Below are positions 12,145 to 22,791 of a stretch of 33,077 nucleotides of DNA, in pieces. The DNA comes from Bigelowiella natans CCMP2755 (taxonomy: Eukaryota; Protista; Cercozoa): the NCBI GenBank assembly GCA_000320545.1, contig ADNK01000460.1, positions 1 through 33,077 on the forward strand. The letters are read 5' to 3'. Made by a program: the position numbers and the translations under genes. The notes under the pieces were generated by a model that worked only from the letters and a program-made list of their open reading frames with translations, had not been told where the DNA came from and made no database searches. The stretch's first letter is position 1; the number at the start of each line of letters is the position of its first letter.

Positions 12145-13194
12145 TACACATACGTTGACACATAATATGGGTTTCACAGGGTGATACAACAAACAATTGG
12201 GAACTTGCGGTTGGAATATTCATTGCCGCAGCATCAGTCACGTTTACAACCTGGTGATGAGTTCCATTAGATTTATTCGAGAACATTGTAGTTACTCAAA
12301 TTATAAATCAGGAATGTTGGGTCTTCTAGTTCAAAGCTCTTTGGAATTCGAGAAAGTGAGGAAGATGAGAAGGTCGTGTATTTTCGATTATGTTCTCCAT
12401 GTAATCATGTCGTGGATGACGGTGAATGGTATTGTGGGTTTGGATTTATGTTTGGTCGCGTCGTTAATCGTATTATCTCTATGAGAAAACCAAGACATCA
12501 TGATCTCCTGACAAAATCATATTGATCTACATTTGAAACGTGCTAACAAATATTAACGATTATGCATTAAAAAAGAGGAAGGCCTTAACAGGAGGTGGTG
12601 ATAACAAAAAAGATCTACATAATGCTGTGGATTTGGATAATGACGATGATGAAGAGGAAGAGGTTGAAGTCTCTGAAGAGGTAAGATCGAACGTTACATT
12701 GATGGGAAATATATCATAATTGAAGAACTCTAAACAGGCTGCAGCAGAGATGTGGACTGATGCTCTTGTGTTCCATATATTGATGACGGTATCATCATTG
12801 TTTACATTATATTTTCTGACGTGAGAAGGCAGGGGTGTCTAATTGACCTGCTGCTGCTGCTGTGTCACAGATCGCAAGTATGTATGCGTGTATGCTTCTC
12901 ACTTCTTGGAGCACAGATGTAAGTAAACTGATCATTTTCTTGATGAATCTCGAGCACACACTCCATATACTATTATACAGGATTATAGTTCAAGAGTTGA
13001 AAGATACAGCAGTGTGGAAAGTTTTTGGGTGAAGGTGCTATCATATCAATTATCAATTCCAATCGATGAAAATTTTACCCTTACTGAGGCATATTCTCTC
13101 AATTTGTCAGGTTTGTTCTCAGTGGTTAATAATGATACTCTATACCTGGACTTTGTTAGCTCCAACGTTGTTTCCTGACCGTGATTTCTCATAA
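10667..13194 (+). CDS. SERINC: Serine incorporator (Serinc/TMS/TDE family) membrane protein; about 13 exons; start codon not located
   Basis: Cys-rich N-terminus CLGACFGSCAAACCC; ESCQ|GDQAVYRISLALALFF; FQTVAIIDYAY; YTAMLSSPKTECN; FHILMT|IASMYACMLLTSW; FWVK|VCSQWLIMILYTWTLLAPTLFPDRDFS*, the family's characteristic C-terminus. Symbol is family-level. Confidence 0.93.
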
Positions 13195-13270
13195 ATTCAT
13201 TACGGATACCTGCTGCTGTCCCTATACAGCCCTTGGACTTTGAACGATATGCAGTGTTCACAATATATTT

Positions 13271-14110
13271 GTGCATGCTGATGGTGATGTTTGCGATGAC
13301 GATATTAAGCTACAAGAAATCCTGCATCGCATATAGCAAGCATACAGCACTGCGTAGCTTTAATGCATGTCATGTGCAGCTTCACATTACGTAGTACATC
13401 TGAGACATCGGCAGACTGTTGAGCAGCACCGTGGATCGATGGGCCGGACAGCGCTAGCTAATTAATAAAAAAATTGGCGCCCACGTACGACTTATACCAC
13501 GCAATAAGGCCGCCCTGCGATCGACCGAAAGCCGCGCGTAGCAGGAAGTACGAATCATGTTAGGACTGTGCACAGAACAGCAAGTTAGCAATATAAGGGG
13601 GGGGGAACCTGCATGCGTGCTACTGTTGTTGTGCGTGCGTGCTGAGCTCGCTTGGGCGCCTGACATCCACAAATGTGCATGCTAGCATTGTTATGCATGA
13701 GCTTGATGTTGTAAATACTCCGTATATATACGTGAGACATGCTAGCATGTAGCGTGTCTCTTACTGATGCGATGATGAATGTAGTCGCCTACATACGCTT
13801 GCTAGGCTAGTCTAGTAGTAGGGCTGGCCGCCGCGACCGCTGTAATATAGTACAGCAAATAGAATCTAGTCATTATGCATGGCCAAGCCGAACACATCGA
13901 TGCATCGCATCCGACACAACGGGCACACGTACAGGAACGCTAATAAACGCTGCGCGCTTGCACGCACGCACGCACACACACACACACACACACACGTACA
14001 TCTAGACATATCTAGATATGCACACTAGCTAGCACACGAGAGACATAAAAATATTGTCACTTATTTACTTATGATGATAGAATAGATAACATGTACGTAT
14101 GTGGATGCTG
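13271..14110. other. Palindrome-rich block 3, at a convergent junction
   Basis: acatgctagcatgt 13737-13750 and catatctagatatg 14007-14020; lies between stops at 13194 (+) and 14253 (-). Confidence 0.75.
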
Positions 14111-14252
14111 ATGTACGATCACCACTTATATGATTGCATTTACTACGTCATTTTAATATCATCCAGAATGAAAAGGTGGTAGGTCGGGCTTGTGGGTTCA
14201 TCTATCGTATCTGTGCATTACATCATTGGCCATGCACATGCTTATTTCCCAA

Positions 14253-15919
14253 CTACATCTTATTCTCCCCAGCTAGAACTTCTTCATCCCTCGCGAGGAG
14301 ATCGTGCACGAGACTAGTTGTCCCAGAACTCGCAATAGTGCTACTGCCACGCTGGAGTCTGCTCCTGCGTCTTCTATCTCTTATTACACTCTTGCCATTT
14401 ATACCACTTCTTCTGCTACTACTATTACTACCATTGTTATGCCCAGTACTGCTGTCCGAAACATAATTGGAGCTAATCCCTAAGCGTTCAAGAGCTCGGT
14501 CGATTTCCTCTGCATATTTGCTGCCAGAGCGCGACTTACTAATGTTTTCTTGTTTTTGGGCCATCTTCTCCTGTTTCTGGAGTCGGCGGAGGGCACGATC
14601 TCGCGCACTGCTGCCTCCTTCACGGATGCGGGAGCCTCTCCTTACAGCCCGCTTGACCACTGAACCACCCTGCTGTAATGAGGGAGGGGACGGGGTAGAC
14701 CTTCCTTTCTTCCCCTCATCTGTTCTTAATGGCGTGAAGCCCTCACCCTCCTCCTTCTCCTCCTCCTCCTTTGAGTCTACGGGATGATGATTGTCATAAT
14801 TATGCTTCTGATGACCGTAATTTCGGGGCAGGGCCCCGGACATATTGCCATCCTCTTCGCGTCCTTTGGGAGAGAATTGTTTCGAGGGAGCAAGGTGGTT
14901 TTCGCCACTGCTGACTGAACGACCATTGGTGCTGTTGCTACTCTCCTCTGACTCAACAATTTTCTTGAGCAAATCTATCGCTGCCTGGAAGTTGGCCAAC
15001 TGGTAGCTCAGACCCCCAGCGTCTATAGACGATAACACCTTGCTATCAGGACTAAAATTCTTTAAGTACTCGAGGTTAGAGCACCAGTGCTGATCCCCCG
15101 CTAATGCAATTACGTAGGCAACCAAAGGTAGCACGTCGTCAGCTGCAAGCACTTCGCCAAAGGATTTAGAAGTTTGAGAGGAAGATGATACTGAAGCTGT
15201 TATGATTTCCTGCACATCGTAAAGGCAGCATAGCTTGGCCAGGGGAGTGGTGATGCTCTTACAGTTAAGCTCCTTAAGTCTCTCAACGGCACGGGAAGGG
15301 TTGAAGTGAAGATCTATCCTCACACCTATTCGTTCTCTGAGCGTTTTCCTTGCCTCTTCCACAGCTTGCATAGTTTCTAAGCTTCGGAACAGTTGACTAT
15401 CCTCCTCCTTGTACAGCGTGCAAATACCCTGGAATATCTTCCTATGGAGCGCGTTTTGCACGAGTGACTCGGCCGCAACTAATATCTCCAGGAATCGATG
15501 CTCATTTGCGGGATTCCTGCTTCCTGTCCAAACCGCCTCAAGGGCCTTCTGACAGCGCGTCTTACATTTTTGAGCGGCATCGTCTACGAAGCCTTTTACA
15601 ATCACATAGTTTTGGCGGAAGTGATTGACAAATTCCTGTAGGCTCCCCATCATCACATTTATCGCCTTTGAGTCCAAATGCGAAGAAATACATTTCTTGT
15701 GCTCTCCGAGTCGTCGTCGTGCCAACGCCATCTTACGTTTAGGCCGAGCACTGACTCGAGCCTGTTGTTCCAAGGAATTCTTTGTTCTTATGCGCCCTAC
15801 TAGCGGTGCTGATGTAAGAATTAGTCGAAAGCTCTCAAAGTTCTCGTTGTAGCTGGTTTCCTCACCAAGAACCTGGATATAAATATTGGTGTGCGTTCGT
15901 GTATATGCCGTGGGTTGGG

Positions 15920-15965
<46 letters not shown>

Positions 15966-16446
15966 TGTAATGTAGGATTTCGCTTACTATGAAATAGCAA
16001 AGGATCTGATCACACGAAAAACATATAAAAGACGCCATAAAGCGGTCTAAGAACGCATACACTCTATGTAAGAATCGTATATTTGCAGGCGGATCAACGC
16101 ACGAACATCTTGATCGATATCCAACATCACATCCATCAACATGTGGTCAATCGTTTCATACCTTGACATCTCTAGGATAGCGAAATCCCTGTCTGCATGC
16201 AACATCTTTACCCTTGATCACGACCACTTTCCCATTGAGAGTAACAAATTCATCTTTGAAGTAAGGCGAGGGAGTCAACACGTGCGTCTTGACGAACTCA
16301 ATGTCGATACGGGGGGGAAGCGATGTGAGAACGGGGACGAGGAATGTATGGCAGGCTTGAGAGGATTTGTCAAAAAGGCGCGCGAACGATTTGGTGAGAG
16401 CATTATAGTAAAAGGTTTTTGAGGGGATTGTGTCCTCTTCTTCCAT
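14253..16446 (-). CDS. VPS9-domain Rab5-family GEF with VARP/ANKRD27-like N-terminal domain; 2 exons (16446-16162, 15872-14253)
   Basis: N-terminus FYYNAL...FLVP...HVLTP...FVTLNGKVVVIKG...GF...|VLGEETSYNE resembles the VARP N-terminus. VPS9 motifs LAADDVLPLVAYV, SNLEYL and YQLANFQAAI. One phase-0 GT-AG intron. Confidence 0.88.
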
Positions 16447-16563
16447 CCTGTCAGCTGATGCAATGGTTGTTTGAACCCTGCTTTGGTGAGTGAGGTCGAA
16501 CCTGAACCGAAGCATCAATTAACAGTCATTGCTCCAATACAAGTAATACCGCAAGAGTTGCTT

Positions 16564-17883
16564 TCAATATGTTGTTTTAGTAATGCACTTCTCATTGGGC
16601 CACACACCACCTCTGTTCCACAAGGAGTCGTCCACTCCTGTGCACGTCACTTCGTTCAGGTGGGAAGTGTTGTTAATCGGGTAGGAGAGATTTGAGACCC
16701 ATACAAAAGATTCTACATGACAATCTGAATAGAAATTCGATCCGTTCTTACTCTACGTCATCCTTATTCTAAATTCAGCGCATATTTTAGGGGAATATCT
16801 ATGTATATGTTACTCTGAATATTTAGAATGTAAAGCAAATCATAGCTGTAATTGGTAAAATCATATGTCGTTTAAATAAATAAGATCTTATTTTAATTTC
16901 GTACTACAGAAAAATCGTCTACAAAATTCTTTTATTACATGTAACACCTTATTCAAATTGAATTTCACATTTCTGGCTTTGAGAATGAAGCAAAGCGACG
17001 TGAAACATGGTTACATCTAGATCTATTTTTTTCGCTCGTTGGTAGTACGAGTGTCGCTGCATTTTTACAACATGTGAGACTTTCTAGTGTAGATTTATCC
17101 TCACTAACTTGCTACATAACCTCAAACGATGGACATTTTTGAAGAGTATTGGAATATTTAAGGAAAAATATGTGTGCCTAAAAAAATAATAATTAATCAA
17201 ATATAATGGCATTATTAATATAACGACATAATTGAAAGTGTAATAATGTAGATAATATCCATGATATAACCCCCATTTCCGGTAATACAATCTGAATATT
17301 TCAAGTAATGTGTTTGGCAAAAAAAGGCAGTTAAGTCTTTCCATGTCTTACTTAGTCCTGCTTTCCAATCAGGTATTGAGCCATTGACGGGGAATATCAA
17401 ATTTGAATAGAAAGTCCGTGATTATCTACGAGAAATGGACTGAAATCTTTGACGTTTTAGAATTCTCTCTGTTCTCCACATCTGGCTATATTTAAGATAT
17501 TACTAGAGGTTGCAGAGATGTTTGTGTCTGGGAAAACGTGCCAGTTTACGATGTTGTAAGGAACTATTTAAGACATAAATAAACATTTTATCTCAATAGT
17601 CATTCATTTATTATCATACGACATCCGTATTTAAAATGAAATTTAATAATGTACGAACATATAATGATAATTATCTTTATATTGGGGATTTTACCTATCT
17701 GAATTTGTATCCTTAAGGATACCCTGCATTCCAGCAAAAATCGTAATTTTTTGTTTCATTCATCCAGAAATCTGAAGGCCAAGGCCAAGCTTGGACCGCC
17801 CCCCGCAGGTGTGAAACAACTCCTAAATTCGAATTCTGTCAGGGATATAGACGATAGAATATGTTGAAAATTACTATCAGCAT
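16564..17883 (-). CDS. Probable multi-exon AT-rich gene, product unknown, model incomplete
   Basis: Exon-like segments with GT-AG flanks: cag|NSNLGVVSHLRGAVQAWPWPSDFWMNETKNYDFCWNAG|gt, PYNIVNWHVFPDT, AHIFFLKYSNTLQKCPSFE, and terminal SFVWVSNLSYPINNTSHLNEVTCTGVDDSLWNRGGVWPNEKCITKTTY*. The full phase chain was not resolved. Confidence 0.45.
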
Positions 17884-18014
17884 TCTAGAGTGCTTTGGAA
17901 AATATGTAGCTGTTGTGTGAGAGCCATTCGATATTCACAGATAATTTCCGTTGATTGTCAACGATGACATTTTAAATTACATTAACATGGCCCTCTAATA
18001 TCTGTACAGAAAGA

Positions 18015-18762
18015 ATGTCGGTGGACTATGAACGAGGATGCTGCGAAATGAATGCATACTTCGAGTCACGATACCACGCTTACAGTGGGATCAGCCGGTA
18101 TTGAGATGCATCTAATTGAAAACGTATTATTTTCTAAGCATATCCTCCGAATTGGTTCTCAAGGTACTTCTACCTCTCCGCGCTCATTAACCTTGGACTT
18201 GGAACATGGGGGATGATAGCTCCTGACTGTCCCTCCTTAAACCCCATCTTCGTGGAGGTTTTGTGGATCTGCTGCTACATTGAGGCTGTTGTTGCCATTC
18301 TTGTTGGTCTGGGCATCTCTACGCTTATGAAGACTAGGGGTAGATCGTAGATACAGAGACAATCTAGCTAGTTCCAATTCATTAAAATAGTATTTGGCGG
18401 AATTTCTGGATGTTATTTTGGTACTATTTCCTTATTTTCCACAATAATTCTTACACTGAACATCATCTTAAAAATTAGGTTGGGCAGGTTTTGCACTTTG
18501 CAGCATCTCCTTCTATGGAATCATTATCCTTGCTAAGACCGCATACATAGTTTTGGCTTCAATCCTTGTCGGGAAAGAAATTGCGCAATCTATTTACATG
18601 ATTACTTTGATTTCTGCTTTTGGATTCCACCTTATTTGCGGTTCTTGGTTCGTGCTCGGTATTGGATTCGATGATGCTATCGAAGAGGCAATATTCCACT
18701 TTTCACGTCCAGACAAGGAAAAAATTGAGGAAGGAGAAACTCAAACTAAGCTTCTTAGGTAG
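18015..18762 (+). CDS. Small multi-pass (about 4 TM) membrane protein, unknown family; 4 exons
   Basis: MSVDYERGCC...|YPPNWFSRYFYLSALINLGLGTW...KTRV|FGGISGCYFG|WAGFALCSISFYGII...QTKLLR*. The last two introns are phase-consistent; the first donor is inferred. Confidence 0.72.
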
Positions 18763-18919
18763 AAGATTACCGAGAAAGTTTGTGATTCGCGGTTTTTAAG
18801 AGACCACCACAAAGCTTTATTTGAAAATCTGAGAGATGAATCAATCTCACAAGCTTGCATGTAATATGTTCAAAATTATAACACGAAAACATTGTACTCT
18901 TGATGAACACACGCCTTTC

Positions 18920-18964
18920 AGGATGACAATTGAAAATTTAAGTATATTCATTACACCCGTCTTA
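18920..18964 (+). repeat. Dispersed short element, copy A (core only)
   Basis: aggatgacaattgaaaatttaagtatattcattacacccgtctta matches 30095-30140. Confidence 0.75.
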
Positions 18965-18984
18965 TCATAGACACAACATATATA

Positions 18985-19024
<40 letters not shown>

Positions 19025-19556
19025 TGTATTTTTTTTTTTTTAGTATGCGAAAGTACACACAACGTCTATAACGCGTAGTATGTACAGCGTGTCAATGTAG
19101 CTTTACAAAGCTTCGGCTAGAGCGCTTAAATTGTATTCACTTGTCTCCGCTATTGTCTAGTTATGTCCATCATCAATGTCAAGTTGTTACATGCTGCGTG
19201 CTCGCGAAGCATCGTTATCGATCGATCGCACGCTAGTGCTCTGTGTGACTACGTGCGACAGTATGTAGCGCTAGACTCACATGCGATGCGTGTATGTGCA
19301 GCTGCACACGAACGCTACGTACGCACGTGCTGTAGCTAGCGTTGTAACATAGTAAACGTGATGACTGTACTACTAGACTACAGGGCATGTACGTCGCATA
19401 TGAGCCATGCTAGCATGCGCTCTAGCACTAGCTAGCTAGTATACACGACTGCTGCGCGAAATCTAGAAATGTGCGCCATTCAAGACCGAATCGAAACAAC
19501 TAACTTGCATTTCTAGATTTGATTGCATGTAACACATCACAGCAGATCGGAGACTA

Positions 19557-19721
19557 AACAGATTCAACATGTATTAGCACTGTGTAGCCGCTATAGCAGC
19601 GCTGCATTATTACACAGCTACGTACATGAGGATGGCCATTGAACAAATTCAATTTAATTCATCATCATCACATCTGATCATACACTAAGAATCAATTTAA
19701 TTTGATATTACACCCGTCTTA
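19557..19721 (+). repeat. Dispersed short element, copy B (internally expanded)
   Basis: aacag..caacat...tgtagccgct...cacagcta...aggatggccattgaa...attacacccgtctta, colinear with 30047-30140. Confidence 0.7.
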
Positions 19722-20177
19722 TTACACTTGTCTTGCTAGCTAGTGCTGCTAGATAACAGTAGCGTACACATGTGTGCGCACGTGCTAGCGTGCTATTGTG
19801 CGTGCATGCATGCAAGCATGCAACGACGAATAGACGCATCAGCTACATGTAGATGTCATGCACATTAAAGCTGCAGTCGTGGCTAGATCACAGCTGACTG
19901 TGGCGATGCTGTGCATTGTTGTAATGTTGTACACCCACAAGTGTTATGTGCCTTGCGCGCAGAGCCAGCCTGTGCAAGCTCGGCTGAATGAGCTTCCAGC
20001 TTTGAAATAACATGAGTGAGTCAAATTAAGCACGCATAGCTGTTCACAATGCAATGAATGCAGGCCACATATAGCATGCTATTGTATGGACCATTTTATA
20101 CGTTTTATACGGTTTTTCGTGGATACTTAATGATGATTCTACTGCGATCAACACATTTTGTTATGCAGAAAACAGAT

Positions 20178-22126
20178 TCATATATGTGAAGATGCTTGGC
20201 GGATTTTTAACGCTTTCTCATCGGTTTCAAGTATCCGAAGACCGGCTTGCATTTCATAGATCTGAGGGAAGGAATATAGTATAATGTAAATAAGAATTTG
20301 AATTTCCCACAACATTAGTTCCAACAACAGCTGCCGTAAGAGTGTTTAATTTTTAATAGTGGTACCTCCTGTTCTATCTTATTTAGGTTTGCCCGCCGGC
20401 CCCGAGTCGTAGAACTGAAGGCAGCTGAGGAATGGAGAAATTATTCAATTTTAATTATGATAACATCTGTAATGCTGAGGTATTTAGGGAACCATATGAT
20501 GATGGTTCTATTGTCGACATATTCGAATTCAAACTGCAAAGCAGGCGCATTGAAATCTAGGGCGAAGGTGATAATTATTTAACTTTGCTTTTATTTTTTT
20601 CTCGATTTTCATAGTTCCCTTGTTTCTGTGTTGCATTACCTGCCCACTGGTCTGAAGCAAGATAATCCTTTAACACCATAGCCTGCGTATTTTATGACAG
20701 TTGCTTTGTAAACGATTGTTGAAATCGGTGAGTTCTCTCTCGTTCTGGTGTTGTGCTCATGTCATTGTTCTTCTATGTTTTAACTTTTGTCGTTGCTATT
20801 ATTGATTTATAATCTTCGTTTTAAGCTAAAAAGAAAAACAGGGTTATGGGCACTGGTATCCTCGGAAATGACTGAAGCAAAATTGTAATTTCGAAGAATT
20901 TTGTTTTTCATCTACAGTCGCATGGCTTGTCATCAATGGTTGGCATCATCACCTTCTTACCTTTCTCTCCATGTCTGCAATCTTATACTCTAATCGTATC
21001 CTCTCCACGTGTATATCTAGCAGATTTTCATCCATTTGTATATGAGGTATTGGGCACACACGCACACACACACACACACACACACAACACACATGTATAC
21101 ACACATTGAAAATGAGAGAGGAAGATAAAGAGACGGATGGGTAGAGTGAGATGAAACATTGTCTTGTCGTCGGTTCTAATACAGCAATATTGTCGAAGAA
21201 TGTACCTACGGTACTACCATCAATCAAAGCCTGTATTTCTTGCATATCATGATCGTTCACCATTGTCGCCCCCCTTGCAACCCCTCTAGTTATCCCCCTC
21301 CCTCCTCGTCCTCTTTTATTGTCACTATTTTCAACAATGTCCTCATCCGAGGAAACAATGTACTTTCTGTAACAAGTATGCGAAAATAAGTAAGTGTCAT
21401 TCTGCAGTTCCACTCTCAAGTGTCAAACCTGATTCTATCAAGAATAGCTGCTAGAGTTATCTGCCAGGAGCCTTCGTCTCCATTCTCGCCGTACAGTAAC
21501 GCAGGATCAAGCAAAAGGTTATTATACCAGTTATTATTGTTGCCGTTGTTCGACCCGAAGAATCCTCCCCCTCCCAAAAACAAGGAATTGCCATCATCCG
21601 TAAGGAGTCCGCCTTCGTATGGGGACCGGTAAGGTTGGCCTGGAAGGAGAGTTTTCGCGTGATTTGAAGCTCTACCCCCTCCACATGCAGTGACGATAAA
21701 TCCACCAATCACTGCAAATAGACTCACACTGGCAGAGGAAGATAGCGAGACAATTTGTGATGTACAAAACAGTAGAGATAGGTAGGTAGTACTGTATACA
21801 TTTAGAGTGTGTGCGCGTGTGTTTGTGTATATGCATGTATCACCGGCTTTCAACTTTGCCTCTTCTATGAACGTAGAACTGATTGTCAGCATCCCTTCGC
21901 CTTTCTCTTTCCCAATACCTTTCGAATCATCATTGCTCAAGAAATACCCATACTCTTTTTGTATTGAGTTGCACCATTCGCGGTCGTAGATGTCATAAAC
22001 CCTGACTATCCTCCCATTGGCTCCACCGCCTCTGCCTAATATCATGCCTCTCTCGTATTGTCGCCTTATCGAGCTGCTCTCCCAGATTCCTACTCCATGG
22101 CGAGCAGAAATGCCATTACAGGGCAT
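20178..22126 (-). CDS. Hypothetical protein with one hydrophobic segment and C-terminal coiled coil; multi-exon, internal model partly unresolved
   Basis: ORFs 21416-22126 and 20949-21419 join at phase-consistent sites (LDRIR|KYIVSSDED; STV|DIHVERIRLEYKIADMERK); terminal exons RANLNKIEQE|IYEMQAGLRILETDEKALKIRQASSHI*. Confidence 0.62.
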
Positions 22127-22389
22127 AGGGGGGCTACCTTTCTTGGTTCGAAATCCTGGAGATTCCTCGAGATCGAGTTATATCTCGAGATATCTCGGAG
22201 ATCTATCAGAAAATTTTCGACTGATCAATCCTCCTCCTCCAGCCTTCGTCGGAACCCGTTCTTGATTGCTTTCAGGGCCTCGGAGGGGTTTCGTTCTGGG
22301 ATACATGTACTACTTCCATGCACTACTTTCCCATTATTAGCTAGTTGAATCTAGGTAGTAAGTGGCTACTTTGTAATGAATATCAGAAT

Positions 22390-22752
22390 ATGGATGTCCG
22401 CTCACCACCTTCCCCCTCGCGTCCTCCTCCTTCGCCCTCCACCGTTCGGCAAGTCTCTGTTTCGACGGCATTTACAAACCAGGAACATGTATTATGTGTC
22501 TTGCTATATTTTGCACAGCGCTGAAGAGATTTTGAAGCCGTATAAGTAACTACTGCATGAGTGATTCGTGACGTATATGACACCGACCGCTGTGTTGGTT
22601 GGCAACCTTCATGATATACCTGTTCTTTAGGTGCTATTGGCAACAGTAGGCCTGCCTGCTCGTGGTGTGTATTCAAATCACTACTGTCATACTGTGTTGC
22701 CGCTGCTATGTTGGTGTCAGTGGTGAAGATGGGTTGAGAGAAGGGGAGAGCG

Positions 22753-22791
<39 letters not shown>

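Larger units (their letters stand above)
18845..20090. other. Palindrome-rich block 4, at a convergent junction
   Basis: actagctagctagt 19427-19440, tgcatgcatgca 19803-19814, an (AT)n run and a T13 run near the left edge; lies between stops at 18762 (+) and 20178 (-). Confidence 0.78.

Noticed and set aside
13595-13607. AA(G)9AA as an LTR-retrotransposon polypurine tract
   Set aside because: No paired LTR, PBS or pol remnants were found; homopolymer runs are common in this window.
16458-17810. Plus-strand exon chain extending the 18015 gene upstream
   Set aside because: Candidate exons gave stops or no coherent protein; the minus strand gives longer and more protein-like exons.
17369-17937. 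Two in-frame TGA codons suggesting TGA recoding
   Set aside because: Alternative frames or starts avoid both, and TGA serves as a normal stop in neighbouring gene models (9434, 20178).
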